Shown one piece after another: positions 1 to 9,962 of a stretch of 52,694 bases of DNA. The first letter of the stretch is position 1. Every line of letters starts with the position of its first letter. The position numbers and the translations under genes are program-made. This stretch comes from a virus (taxonomy: Duplodnaviria; Caudoviricetes), in IMG/VR virus record IMGVR_UViG_3300035661_000082, positions 1 through 52,694 of that record; one strand, written 5' to 3'. The notes under the pieces were generated by a model that saw only the letters and a program-made list of their open reading frames with translations, made no database searches and had not been told where the DNA came from.

Positions 1-142
1 CGCTTCTGAGAAGTTCAAAGACCAAAGACAGCGACACATGATTATTGCTCAACCAGCTGGCGACATTAACACGTTCATGCAGATGCTTGGGCGAATCCAC
101 AGAACAGGGCAAGTCAAGCTTCCAAAGTACACTATCCTGAGC
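1..142. repeat. Terminal direct repeat (circular assembly overlap), copy 1
   Basis: 1-142 matches 52553-52694 except G127 vs A52679; falls inside one continuous ORF. Confidence 0.95.
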
Positions 143-3100
143 GTAGACCTTCCAACAGAAAAGCGACCGACTGCCGTCTTGTCTAAAAAAATGCAGTCGC
201 TTAATGCAAATACATCAAGCAATACTGAATCTGCAACATCCGTTAATTCAGTAGATATGCTCAACAAGTACGGCGATGACGTTGTTCGTCAATACTTAAC
301 GGATAACGTAGACCTTGCTAGAGCAATGGGCGTGGAGGATGGACTTACTGGAGACAATGCTCCAGAAGACTACGCACGGAAAGTGACCGGAAGGCTTGCG
401 CTACAACCTATCGCCGTTCAAAACGCATTCTATGAGGATGTTGAATCCCAATACAACGCGCTTATTGATTACCTTAATAAAACAAATCAAAACGACCTTG
501 TGCCACAGACTTTTGATTTTGATGCAAAAGAAATCAATAGCGATGTTCTTTCTTCAGGAACAGACCCAAGCTCACCTTTTGGCGAGGACGCAATCTACGG
601 TGAATACTCAATCAAGCCGCAAGGCATAGCCATGACACCAAACGAGATACGTTCGGCGCTGGATGAAAGTCTTAATGGCGAACAACGACAAGACAAAGCA
701 AGGGAGCTTATTTCCGACCTAGATAAAAAATTCAATCCATTTTATGAAAAGCTTTCGCAAGCAGGAAAAGATGCAGCAAACATCACACGAGATACAGCGC
801 TTCGATTCCTGTCCGATAACCTTATCGGAACAACATTCCGTGCTGAAATTAACGGCGACACGATGAACGCAGTGGTATTGAATGTGCGTAATACGCACAA
901 ATCAAACGGAAATCCATACAGCATGAGTAAGTTTCAAGTCACGATTGCTGTTAACAACTCAATGCGCTCAATAACAATACCGGCATCAAAAATAAGCAAA
1001 ATCAAAGTTGCTGATCTACGAGAAAACCTAGCAAACTCAACAGAGGCGAAAATAGGCAACCTATTCAAGCCGCAGCAAGACAATCAGCGTGACATAGCAA
1101 AAATCGTCACAGGAAATCTTCTTGCAGCCTATGGAGAAATGAGCGATACACGCGGGACTATCATCAACTTCACTAAAGCAGATGGAACACAGGAACAAGG
1201 AATTTTGCTTCCCAAGGCTTTCAGCATAAAAAACAATACACGCGGAGAATACCGCATTGCTTCTGCTGAAGATGTATTGAAATTCTTCAAGGGAAGCAAA
1301 GACGAAAACATTTCGAAGTATGGCATATCAAGTCGTGATGGACTTATTAGAGTAGTGCCAAACGAATCAGGCATAACCATCCAAGTTCCAAAAAGTAAAG
1401 CCAAAGGCGCAAAGTATTTTCTAAATTCTGACCTGCGTTCAACAGTTTACGATGAAAACTTTACGTCATCGGGTAACTTGATGATTGGTCATACAGTAGG
1501 CAAAGAGAAAACAATAAAAGCCCTAGAAGTCATCATGAAAATGCACGCTCTTTACACGCTACCAAGCATGGCGGAAGAAGCAAAAGCAATTCTTGATAAA
1601 AACAACATCAAATTCAGCCGAAGCCCACAAACAAAAACTGCTGACAAGTACGCGCCTTCACAGGAAACACAGGCCAAAAAAGCAGCCAGCATCCAGTCCA
1701 TTGCTGACAACTTGGCAAAGACTTGGAAGAACGCACCCAAGATTGTTGTTGTTTCAAGCATGGATGATGCGGCTATTCCAGAGATAGCCCGCCAAGTGGA
1801 TGCAGACATGCGCGCGAAAGGAGCTAAGGGCAATCCAAAAGGCTTTTTCTACGATGGCACTGTGTACGTTGTTGCAAGCGAACATAACAGCATCAAGGAC
1901 GTTATCACGACTGTTGCGCATGAAACACTTGGACATGCCGGCCTACGTGGTGTATTTGGCAACTCACTCAACAAGGCACTTAATCAGATCATCCTTGCCC
2001 GTAGGGAAGAAATTATTTCAAAGGCGCGTGAATACGGCCTTCACAACGAGTCAATCACAGATCGCTCAACCAAGGCCGAAGTTTGGGAATCTATGAGCGA
2101 CGAAAATAAGCAATCCGCCGCCGAAGAGGTATTAGCTTCAATGGCCGAGAAGCAGCCTGGTACTAGTATCGTGAAGCAGGCGATTGCAGCGATCCGCCAA
2201 TGGTTGCGCAACATTGGAATGCATATCGAACTTTCCAATGATGACATCATTGCCAACTTCATCATCCCAGCGCGTCGCTATATTGAAAGCGGATCAAAAA
2301 ATCAATTGCAACTTAGCGATCGGATTGAGCCGCACTTTAGTCGCAGTGCCGCACAGTTGCAGAATTCCCAGATCAACACACAGAACAACCTCGTCACTAG
2401 TGCAAAGAACTGGTTAGCAAACCGTAGTGAAGATTTGATGCCGGCAGGTCTTGGCCTGTTAACCATGCGCCACTTGGAGGACTTGAGCAAGGCGCGCATC
2501 CCTGAGTTCACAAACTATGTTGCTATCACAGACAGGATGCAGGCAGATCGAAATACAATGATGGCCGAGTCGAGTAAGGAAGTTGATGCATGGCAAAAGT
2601 GGGCATCAAAGAACCGCGCAATGAACGATGTACTTACAAACATCATGAGCGATTCAACGATTTACGGAATACGCCCCGACTTGCCATATAGGGCTTTGAA
2701 CCTTGCAAATTTGCAGCTTGAGCTTGACGACCTTAACGACAAAATAAGCAAGTCAAACTCTCCAGCGTCCATTAGTGCGATGCAAGAAAAAGCTGACCGA
2801 ATAAGCAATCAAATGGACTTTGAAACAAGCGGAAAACGCCGAGCAAAATATGACGAAATGAAGAATGTTTGGGACAACAACCTAAACCAGAAGGCGCGTG
2901 ACATTTACGACACTGTGCGCAAGATGTATATCAATCGCAGTGACATGATGTTTGATTCGCTGAAAGACAAAATCATGCGCAGTCAAATCACTGGCAAGTC
3001 GGCCTTTGTTGCAAAGCTTCGTACTGAGTACGACCAACGTAAGGCCAATGGCGTTTATTTCCCATTGATGCGCTTTGGTGATTACTGGCTTGATGGAAAG

Positions 3101-5080
3101 GACGCACAGGGCGAGCGCGTTTATTTGATGTTCGACACAGCAGAGCAATTAAGAAGCACTGAGCGCAACTTTAAGGCGCAAGGATTTACGAACATTACTA
3201 CTGGGCGAAAGGTTGATGAATCAAGTTCGTCGCCTGCAAATGTCGGTTTCTTGCACGATGTGCTAGGTAAGGTGTCTTCAGCCCTTGGAGCTTCACCAGA
3301 AGGGGATGCGCTGCGTGATGAAATATATCAAGTATTCCTACGATCACTCCCTGATATGTCAGTGCGCAAGGCGTTCATTCACAGAAAGAATGTTGCAGGA
3401 TTTTCAGACGATGCTATCCGTGGTTTTGCGGTTCGCACGCAGCACATGGCGCACCAGATCGCTCGTATGCGCGTATCGCAAGACCTTGAAGAAAGTATGC
3501 AGACGATGCGCGACCATGTGAAGGCTAACCCAGATACTAAAACATCGGCATTGTTCAATGAGATTCAGAAAACACACCAATGGATTATGAATCCCACGGA
3601 CTCTGCGATTACGAACAAGCTAACAGCACTAGGGTTTTTGTGGTACTTGGGTGCGTCACCTGCGGCAGCCGCCGTTAACATGACTCAGCTAATGACCGTC
3701 ACTGCCCCCGTCCTCATGGCTAAGTACGGCGTGAAATCAATAAAAGCTCTTGGTGACGCAATGCCTGGCGCAATGGGTCGAGGGCTATCGCAGGCAGAAA
3801 AAGGCATGATTGATGTGCTGCGCAAGGCTGGCGCAATCGACGACACGATGGTGCATGACCAAGCTGGCGTAGGAGCAAGCGGAACAATGGGATACAACCC
3901 GATATTCAGCAAGGCCATGAATATAGTGGGATGGATGTTCCAAGCCGCTGAAGTATTCAACAGAAAGACGACTGCCATTGCCGCGTATCGACTGGCTATT
4001 TCAAATGGCGAAACGGTAGACGCTGCGACCGAGTATGCGCGATCTGTGATTTATGAATCACACTTTGACTACAGCAACCTTAATCGGTCTCGCTACATGC
4101 GACCGAATATCGCTAAGGTTCTGTTGCTTTTCAAACAATATGCGCTCAACGTGAGCTACTATCTATTGCGCAATGCGTACTTAGCTAGGAAGGGTGAAAC
4201 CGAACAAGCAAAACGAGAGGCGATGATTAAGCTTGGCGGGACAATGGCAGTGACCATGACCACGGCGGGCATTGCTGGCCTTCCTGTGTTTGCACCCATT
4301 GCTGCAATTATTGGATTGTTTGCTGGAGGAGGCGACCCAGATAAGCGTTGGGATACAGAAGATGAGCTTTACGCATGGATTAAAAAGAACTATGGAAGCG
4401 ACATAGCCAATATAGTAATCCACGGGGCAATGAACAAAGCCCTAGGTATTGATATTGCATCACGCACAAGCATGGGCGAACTATGGATTAGATCGCCAAG
4501 CCGAGACCTTGAGGGCAAGGCGCTGGCAGATAATTACCTTGAACAGCTTGCTGGACCGGTATTAGGCATCCCGGTTGCATGGCTTGGCGGAATGCAGCTT
4601 ATGCAAGAAGGCCACTATGAGCGCGGACTCGAAAAGATTGTTCCAAAGGCTGCACGAGATATGCTAACGGCGGCTCGATTCCACAATGAAGGTGCGTTAA
4701 ACATGGATAGTGAGCCACTGGTAAGTAAGCAGGATATGACTCTTCTCGATGTTCTTGCCAAGTCTCAAGGATTTACACCAACGCGACTTGCTGAGGTTTA
4801 TGGCGAAAACGCGCGCGTCAAGAATGCTGAGAGTTTTCTACAAAAACGCCGTCAACAAATCATCAACCAAGCCTGGCTAGCGAAGTCAACAGACGACAAA
4901 GAGGCATGGAGCAAGAATGCAGAATCCGTTAAGAAGTGGAATAGCGAATATCCATTGATCAGTATTAAGCCGTCAACCCTGCATCAGTCATTCAAGATGC
5001 ACGAAAAGAATATGAAAAAAGCAGAAAACGGTATAATCATCAACAAGCATTATGCACCATATGTCGAACAGTACAGATAG
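2..5080 (+). CDS. C-terminal ~1,690 aa of giant DarB-like polyvalent virion/ejection protein (continues from 49404 across the circular junction)
   Basis: In frame with ATG 49404 after circularisation (3186 nt from 49404 to ATG 38). QMLGRIHRTGQ is SF2 motif VI of Strawberry-notch type; VAHETLGH...AEE is a zincin-like motif (~1913-1936); YFPLMRFG is a PLxRFG motif (~3062). Confidence 0.9.
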   Translation, partial: ASEKFKDQRQRHMIIAQPAGDINTFMQMLGRIHRTGQVKLPKYTILSVDLPTEKRPTAVLSKKMQSLNANTSSNTESATSVNSVDMLNKYGDDVVRQYLTDNVDLARAMGVEDGLTGDNAPEDYARKVTGRLALQPIAVQNAFYEDVESQYNALIDYLNKTNQNDLVPQTFDFDAKEINSDVLSSGTDPSSPFGEDAIYGEYSIKPQGIAMTPNEIRSALDESLNGEQRQDKARELISDLDKKFNPFYEKLSQAGKDAANITRDTALRFLSDNLIGTTFRAEINGDTMNAVVLNVRNTHKSNGNPYSMSKFQVTIAVNNSMRSITIPASKISKIKVADLRENLANSTEAKIGNLFKPQQDNQRDIAKIVTGNLLAAYGEMSDTRGTIINFTKADGTQEQGILLPKAFSIKNNTRGEYRIASAEDVLKFFKGSKDENISKYGISSRDGLIRVVPNESGITIQVPKSKAKGAKYFLNSDLRSTVYDENFTSSGNLMIGHTVGKEKTIKALEVIMKMHALYTLPSMAEEAKAILDKNNIKFSRSPQTKTADKYAPSQETQAKKAASIQSIADNLAKTWKNAPKIVVVSSMDDAAIPEIARQVDADMRAKGAKGNPKGFFYDGTVYVVASEHNSIKDVITTVAHETLGHAGLRGVFGNSLNKALNQIILARREEIISKAREYGLHNESITDRSTKAEVWESMSDENKQSAAEEVLASMAEKQPGTSIVKQAIAAIRQWLRNIGMHIELSNDDIIANFIIPARRYIESGSKNQLQLSDRIEPHFSRSAAQLQNSQINTQNNLVTSAKNWLANRSEDLMPAGLGLLTMRHLEDLSKARIPEFTNYVAITDRMQADRNTMMAESSKEVDAWQKWASKNRAMNDVLTNIMSDSTIYGIRPDLPYRALNLANLQLELDDLNDKISKSNSPASISAMQEKADRISNQMDFETSGKRRAKYDEMKNVWDNNLNQKARDIYDTVRKMYINRSDMMFDSLKDKIMRSQITGKSAFVAKLRTEYDQRKANGVYFPLMRFGDYWLDGKDAQGERVYLMFDTAEQLRSTERNFKAQGFTNITTGRKVDESSSSPANVGFLHDVLGKVSSALGASPEGDALRDEIYQVFLRSLPDMSVRKAFIHRKNVAGFSDDAIRGFAVRTQHMAHQIARMRVSQDLEESMQTMRDHVKANPDTKTSALFNEIQKTHQWIMNPTDSAITNKLTALGFLWYLGASPAAAAVNMTQLMTVTAPVLMAKYGVKSIKALGDAMPGAMGRGLSQAEKGMIDVLRKAGAIDDTMVHDQAGVGASGTMGYNPIFSKAMNIVGWMFQAAEVFNRKTTAIAAYRLAISNGETVDAATEYARSVIYESHFDYSNLNRSRYMRPNIAKVLLLFKQYALNVSYYLLRNAYLARKGETEQAKREAMIKLGGTMAVTMTTAGIAGLPVFAPIAAIIGLFAGGGDPDKRWDTEDELYAWIKKNYGSDIANIVIHGAMNKALGIDIASRTSMGELWIRSPSRDLEGKALADNYLEQLAGPVLGIPVAWLGGMQLMQEGHYERGLEKIVPKAARDMLTAARFHNEGALNMDSEPLVSKQDMTLLDVLAKSQGFTPTRLAEVYGENARVKNAESFLQKRRQQIINQAWLAKSTDDKEAWSKNAESVKKWNSEYPLISIKPSTLHQSFKMHEKNMKKAENGIIINKHYAPYVEQYR

Positions 5081-5089
5081 AGGATTCGC

Positions 5090-5644
5090 ATGGAAATCAC
5101 AAAAGGATCGACGTTTGAAGACACCATCCGTTGGGCAACTGATAGATGCGTATTTGCGCCAATCACGGCGATAGCCCAATCTGCCCCGTGCGTTATCACA
5201 TCGGTAGCGCATGGACTTGTTGATGGATGGGATGTCAAGATTGAATCAGTAAAAGGGATGACTGAGATCAATAACCAAAAAGGCGTAGCCCATGTTATCA
5301 GTGCTGACTCAATATCAATCGACTGCCTAAACTCGCTTGACTTCACGGCATACACATCCGGCGGAGTTATCAGGTACATGATACCCGAAGACATGACCGG
5401 GTTTGAGGCTAGGCAAGTTATCAAAGATAGGGTTGGCGGGATGGTTCTGCTCACGCTATCATCAGCCACGGGCGAGATTGTCGTTGACAACGTAACCAAG
5501 CGCATTGACCGCACTATTCCTGCAAGTGTCACCGAGGCTCTTACATGGCGGCGCGGAATTTCAGACTTGGAGCTATTCACATTGAATGGGTACGTCGTTA
5601 AAATTATTGAGTCCGAGGAAGTCACCGTGTCGTCCGAGGTGTAA
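5090..5644 (+). CDS. Tail/fibre adaptor; BppU-like fold with an inserted FCCH-like beta domain
   Basis: RBS GAGGA; KGSTF...W and DMTGFEARQVIK...DLEL flank ITAIAQSAPCVITSVAHGL. Confidence 0.6.
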   Translation: MEITKGSTFEDTIRWATDRCVFAPITAIAQSAPCVITSVAHGLVDGWDVKIESVKGMTEINNQKGVAHVISADSISIDCLNSLDFTAYTSGGVIRYMIPEDMTGFEARQVIKDRVGGMVLLTLSSATGEIVVDNVTKRIDRTIPASVTEALTWRRGISDLELFTLNGYVVKIIESEEVTVSSEV

Positions 5645-5647
5645 AAA

Positions 5648-5974
5648 ATGACTAATGCCACCGTAACCACAAAAGGAATTGTCATAAATGCCACTGTAAC
5701 TACAAATAATGCTACCGTAATCAAAAAAATAAATGCAACAAGCATTGTTAAAAATGGTGTGCGCGGCATCCAAGGCATCCAAGGGATCCAAGGTATTCAG
5801 GGTATTCAGGGTGAGAAGGGCGATAACGGAGGGGGTTCTGGCGTGACCTACTTGCAAGATAACGAACCGTCCACGGCAGTGGACAAAGAAATTCTTTTCA
5901 AACCGACGACGCAGCAACTTATGGTGTACGCTGGATCGTGGAAAACCGTAAATCTTGATGGGGGATACTTCTAA
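5648..5974 (+). CDS. Short collagen-like tail fibre component
   Basis: GVR(GIQ)x5 GEK GDN Gly-X-Y run; C-terminus LDGGYF. Confidence 0.7.
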   Translation: MTNATVTTKGIVINATVTTNNATVIKKINATSIVKNGVRGIQGIQGIQGIQGIQGEKGDNGGGSGVTYLQDNEPSTAVDKEILFKPTTQQLMVYAGSWKTVNLDGGYF

Positions 5975-6498
5975 TGGCCGACTTAATTAAAATCAAAGGT
6001 AGTAATGTCACTGCCGCACCAGCAACCCTTTCTGCGCGAGAGCTTGCATACTCGGAGACTTCAGGAAATCTGTTTATTGGTCGAATCAATGACGGAACGC
6101 CTATCGTCATTGGAGGCAAGACCGACCATGACAAACTTTCATTGATTGAAGCAGGCGCGCAGGTCAACACTATCACGTCCGTTGCTGGGCGAACAGGTGC
6201 GGTCGTGCTTACAACCGATGACCTTGCCAACTTCAATACAGCTACGGATACGCGTATTGGTGCTGCGTCAATCAAAGACCTTGCAGACGTGGGATCAACC
6301 GTACCCAGTGAAGGGCAGACGCTTATCTGGCGCACGAACCAGTATGTACCTGAAGCACCAGGCAGTGGTGTTACGACATTTATTGCGCTGACAGATACCC
6401 CGGCCGCATACGCAGGTGCAGGCGGCAATATCGTCAAAGTTAACGCAGCCGCCAACGCGCTTGAGTTTGTTAATGGGATTGATGGCGGGACGTTCTAA
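5974..6498 (+). CDS. Tail fibre protein, Mtd/hyaluronidase-like N-terminal domain
   Basis: IKIKGS...LSARELAYS...LFIG N-terminus; SVAGRTGAVVLT fibre repeat; ends IDGGTF; TAATG coupling. Confidence 0.7.
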   Translation: MADLIKIKGSNVTAAPATLSARELAYSETSGNLFIGRINDGTPIVIGGKTDHDKLSLIEAGAQVNTITSVAGRTGAVVLTTDDLANFNTATDTRIGAASIKDLADVGSTVPSEGQTLIWRTNQYVPEAPGSGVTTFIALTDTPAAYAGAGGNIVKVNAAANALEFVNGIDGGTF

Positions 6499-8063
6499 TG
6501 GCGGACGTCATCCGGGTAAAGCGAACTGAAAGTGCTGGGGTAGAGCCACTGAGCCTCGCCTATGGCGAGCTTGCCGTCAATGTGACAGACAAGGCTCTCT
6601 GGGTGGGTAGTTCATCCAATGCCGCCGTATTACTTAACGCATCAAGCTCAGGAGAATCTACTGTGCCTATCGGATACAAAGAACAACCGCTCGTCGTCAA
6701 CAAGGGCAGCATTTCCAATACAACCGCTGGACAACTATACAGTCTATGGCGCGCAGCTGGCTTCCCTACTATAGGTAATATTCCAACAACAACTCCAACG
6801 GTATGCACGAGCGCAACGACCGGAGCGCTGATATTCAACAATGCCAACGTTGAGACAAAAAGTTATCTTGGTACATTAAGTATACGTTCATCAAACTCTG
6901 GAACGCTCGTCATTATCGAGGATAGGCTTGCTCATATGGCTGGCCTTGTTGGAAACGTAACCACGGCGCAAACGGTAAATTTGTCAGCAACCATTGCCGG
7001 ATTATCTGCAAGCCGGATTGGTGCGGCAAGCTACTCTGAACTTAGCTGGGGGATGGAGTGGTACGCCGATACCGGGTCAACAGCCACCACTGCAACAGTC
7101 AACGTAACATATTCCGACAATAGCACAGGAAACCTTTCGCCTATCGCGTTGGCAGTAACAACTAGAGCATCAATACGCATTGACTTGAAATACTACATTC
7201 CAGTTGCGGCTGCAATTTTGAACATAAAGTCGATTAACACCGTTACCCTATCAGCTAGCACAGGTGCAGCAGGTAATTTAGGGTTTACGATGTCGCGAAA
7301 TATAACTAGCATTGGTGCGCTGCTTGGCAGCTACCCGACGGATGTTCATCACCCCACAGAACAAATGCCTGATGTACAGAATGATGCCTGTATATCGTTT
7401 GTTATCATGGCAAATAACACAACGACAGGAATTCTAACGGCCTACATGCAGCTATTGCAAAAGGCATCTACTGTTGGTTCTGTATTTAATCGACAAGAGT
7501 TCACATCAAATGGCACGTTCGTCGTTCCAGACGGCGTTACGCAAATCCTTTTGTCTGGTGTAGCTCAAGGCGGAGCAGGTGGACAATCAACGGGAGGAAC
7601 GCAAGGCGCTGCAGGCGGAGGATCGTCGGGCGAATGGATTTTACGCAAGAAATTCACTGTTACGCCGGGCAGTTCGCACGCTGTTGTTATCGCACCTTTG
7701 GATTCATCAAGTTTTGGTGCACTGCAAACGCTTAGGCAAGGTTATAACGGTACTGGAGGCAACCAATCCTACGAAGGTATTTTTGACTCATTGGCTGGTG
7801 CGTCCCCTGGATGGGGCGAACCAGGCGGCGCAGGTGGCGTAGGATTTGACACTGGGTTTGCTGGAATTGCGAATGCGCATCATGGCAATGGCGGTAATGG
7901 CGGTTCCTCACCGTTCGGCGCGGGCGGCAGTGGCGGTAGTCCAAGTAACAATGGCGGCCACGGTACAGGCTACGGTGCAGGCGGTGGGGGTGACGGTGGT
8001 GGTTTGGTTACTAGCTCTGGAACAAACACCGGATCACCAGGGTTGTGGATTGTCGAGTGGTAA
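6498..8063 (+). CDS. Tail fibre / receptor-binding protein with glycine-rich C-terminal domain
   Basis: IRVKR...LAYGELAVN...LWVG N-terminus; FTSNGTFVVPDGVT...GGGG...GLWIVEW C-terminal domain typical of phage fibres. Confidence 0.75.
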   Translation: MADVIRVKRTESAGVEPLSLAYGELAVNVTDKALWVGSSSNAAVLLNASSSGESTVPIGYKEQPLVVNKGSISNTTAGQLYSLWRAAGFPTIGNIPTTTPTVCTSATTGALIFNNANVETKSYLGTLSIRSSNSGTLVIIEDRLAHMAGLVGNVTTAQTVNLSATIAGLSASRIGAASYSELSWGMEWYADTGSTATTATVNVTYSDNSTGNLSPIALAVTTRASIRIDLKYYIPVAAAILNIKSINTVTLSASTGAAGNLGFTMSRNITSIGALLGSYPTDVHHPTEQMPDVQNDACISFVIMANNTTTGILTAYMQLLQKASTVGSVFNRQEFTSNGTFVVPDGVTQILLSGVAQGGAGGQSTGGTQGAAGGGSSGEWILRKKFTVTPGSSHAVVIAPLDSSSFGALQTLRQGYNGTGGNQSYEGIFDSLAGASPGWGEPGGAGGVGFDTGFAGIANAHHGNGGNGGSSPFGAGGSGGSPSNNGGHGTGYGAGGGGDGGGLVTSSGTNTGSPGLWIVEW

Positions 8064-8108
8064 CAGTTTTTTCAACGCCCAATATCGGGTATTTTCGAGG
8101 ACATAAAG

Positions 8109-8426
8109 ATGGCACAAGCACCTGTTTTTTCAGCACAAGTACAATTTGCACGCAACGCAATTCCGCAAGAGGCTGTCAACATTTTGCAGGAAGTGTTAGA
8201 CACAAAAGCGACCACTGGCACAAATGCCGTGTTCGACACGGTTGAAACGTCTCGCATGATGACAGTTGAAGAGCTGACAGAATGGAAAGAGTTGTATGGT
8301 TTACGTGACGGCACTCGCGCATTTGCAACAGATTGTGATAGCAAAAACTTCGGTGAGACGGCATACGGAGGCGGATTATTCGCCGTACCAGTATATCTGA
8401 TGGGCGGAATTTGGATGATTGGATAA
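8109..8426 (+). CDS. Small tail-associated protein
   Basis: RBS GAGGA; GTRAFATD...FG...GGG...VPVY...W.IG resembles a fibre/spike C-terminal module. Confidence 0.5.
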   Translation: MAQAPVFSAQVQFARNAIPQEAVNILQEVLDTKATTGTNAVFDTVETSRMMTVEELTEWKELYGLRDGTRAFATDCDSKNFGETAYGGGLFAVPVYLMGGIWMIG

Positions 8427-8644
8427 AAACTATCATGCCCCACAAGTACGACCAAGGCGCATACACTGTTTTGTTCTTTGACCACCTAGGCCGCAAAACA
8501 GGTGAGAAAGTTGCCAACAGCTTTACCGAGGCGAGCAATCTAGGCAAAAAGCACGATGGTTCATACACTGTGATCCGTTGTGTCGTAAATAGCGCAAAGA
8601 ATAATGCGTCTTGGATGCCTAGGGATAAAAACCATGAGCGTTAA
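8411..8644 (+). CDS. Hypothetical protein
   Basis: 77-aa ORF filling the gap, overlapping both neighbours in operon fashion. Confidence 0.5.
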   Translation: MDDWIKTIMPHKYDQGAYTVLFFDHLGRKTGEKVANSFTEASNLGKKHDGSYTVIRCVVNSAKNNASWMPRDKNHER

Positions 8645-9164
8645 ACGCTATGCTCTCACATCAACAACCATCCTTGCGCTTCTTGGCACGGGTGGTGCCG
8701 TGCTTGAAAGCACTGAGCAGCATGAGGGATATTCGCCTGTTGCTACTGTCCCAGTTAAGGGAGACCCATGTACAGGCGGATTCGGTTCCACAACTCACTT
8801 AGACGGCAGCAAGGTAAAGTGCGGCGATGTGTTCACGCCTGAGTATGCAGAGAAGCGCACGAGCGCCTACCTACTCACACAGAACACGCAGCTTAATGCT
8901 TGCATTACTTCAAATCTAACACCTATCGAGTACGGAATGATTGCAGACCATGCGTATGAGTATGGTGTTGGAGCTACATGCAAATCTGCGATTGTCCATT
9001 ATGCTAATAAGGGCGAGTATATGAAAAGCTGTATATCACACCTGAATTGGAAATACGTGCGCGGGTACGACTGCTCAACTCCTGGCAACAAGTTTTGCTC
9101 AGGCGTTTGGACTAGATCTGTTTTCAGGTACAATTCTTGTATGAATGAACAACGTATACAGTGA
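8634..9164 (+). CDS. SAR endolysin, GH24 lysozyme
   Basis: Weakly hydrophobic N-terminal SAR segment ALTSTTILALLGTGGAVL; catalytic E-x-D-x-T region HEGYSPVATVPVKGDPCTGGFGST; start 8634 chosen after AGGGA. Confidence 0.85.
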   Translation: MSVKRYALTSTTILALLGTGGAVLESTEQHEGYSPVATVPVKGDPCTGGFGSTTHLDGSKVKCGDVFTPEYAEKRTSAYLLTQNTQLNACITSNLTPIEYGMIADHAYEYGVGATCKSAIVHYANKGEYMKSCISHLNWKYVRGYDCSTPGNKFCSGVWTRSVFRYNSCMNEQRIQ

Positions 9165-9171
9165 GGTTTCT

Positions 9172-9288
9172 ATGCAAGGTAATCTAGTAATGTGTCGACG
9201 TAAATCGTCTAAATTCGCACTGATATTTATCATTGCTGTTATTCTTGCAATTCCAGCATTGGTTGTTATTTCTGCTGCCAACCTATGA
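9172..9288 (+). CDS. Small single-TM membrane protein in lysis cassette (38 aa)
   Basis: Translated by hand: MQGNLVMCRRKSSKFALIFIIAVILAIPALVVISAANL; GAGG RBS; ATGA overlap with next gene. Confidence 0.55.
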   Translation: MQGNLVMCRRKSSKFALIFIIAVILAIPALVVISAANL

Positions 9289-9692
9289 ATAGCCTAATTC
9301 TTGCGGTAGCAATATCAATCCTAGTATCTGTGCCTGCTGGCATCGTCATTGGCGTGGATCACGAGAGAAAATCTTGTGAAGCCAAGCGGGTTGCAAGTGT
9401 AGAGCGCGCAATTAAGCAGGCTGAAATTCAGTCATCCATTGATGGATCAATTCTTACAGAAGCCGCAAACCGCAATGCCACTGAGCAGGCAAAAACTCAA
9501 AAAATCATCCGCGAGGTTACTAAGTATGTCGAGCATAAGCGTGTTGAAAGCCCTCCTATTGATGTCGGGCATGGTAGCTGTACTATCGACACTTGCAGGC
9601 TGTGCCTCGCAGCCGAAGCAGTCCACGGTGGAGATGGCTCGATCTGCCCCTGCGGAGCTGATGGTTCCGTGCCAGGCACCAAGCGGCCTTGA
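9285..9692 (+). CDS. Rz-like inner-membrane spanin
   Basis: N-terminal TM, coiled-coil, KIIREVTKYV, Cys-rich C-terminus; follows endolysin. Confidence 0.8.
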   Translation: MNSLILAVAISILVSVPAGIVIGVDHERKSCEAKRVASVERAIKQAEIQSSIDGSILTEAANRNATEQAKTQKIIREVTKYVEHKRVESPPIDVGHGSCTIDTCRLCLAAEAVHGGDGSICPCGADGSVPGTKRP

Positions 9693-9807
9693 TGGGAATA
9701 CGTCCGACGACCTGCTTAACGCTTTTATGGTGAATGCACGCGAACACCGAGCATGTGCTGCACGAGTTGATGACTGGATTACTTGGCAAAAGGGAGCGAT
9801 AAAGTGA
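9526..9807 (+). CDS. Rz1-like outer-membrane lipoprotein spanin (overlaps Rz in +1 frame)
   Basis: GAGG RBS then MSSISVLKALLLMSGMVAVLSTLAGC with lipobox LAGC; PAELMVPC motif. Confidence 0.8.
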   Translation: MSSISVLKALLLMSGMVAVLSTLAGCASQPKQSTVEMARSAPAELMVPCQAPSGLDGNTSDDLLNAFMVNAREHRACAARVDDWITWQKGAIK

Positions 9808-9962
9808 GTGATGTACAAATTATTGCATTGATTATATTCGTACCTGTGCTTGTTGGGCTTTGCGCATTCGCTGTCTCATTTGGCTGGATAAGCGGCGCAG
9901 TGGTTAGCTCAGACTGGCATGGACTATATGACGACGATGATATGAAGGATCGTAACTCATGA
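9804..9962 (+). CDS. Small membrane protein with acidic tail (52 aa)
   Basis: GTGA/ATGA overlaps at both ends, GGAG RBS; MSDVQIIALIIFVPVLVGLCAFAVSFGW...YDDDDMKDRNS. Confidence 0.5.
   Translation: MSDVQIIALIIFVPVLVGLCAFAVSFGWISGAVVSSDWHGLYDDDDMKDRNS

Noticed and set aside
1-142. Physical terminal repeat of the virion DNA
   Set aside because: Lies mid-gene and its length is typical of an assembler k-mer overlap; more likely a circularisation artefact
9890-9920. tRNA-like 5' sequence GCGGCGCAGTGGTTAGCTCAG
   Set aside because: No T-arm (GTTCRA) or acceptor stem partner; lies within a small membrane-protein ORF
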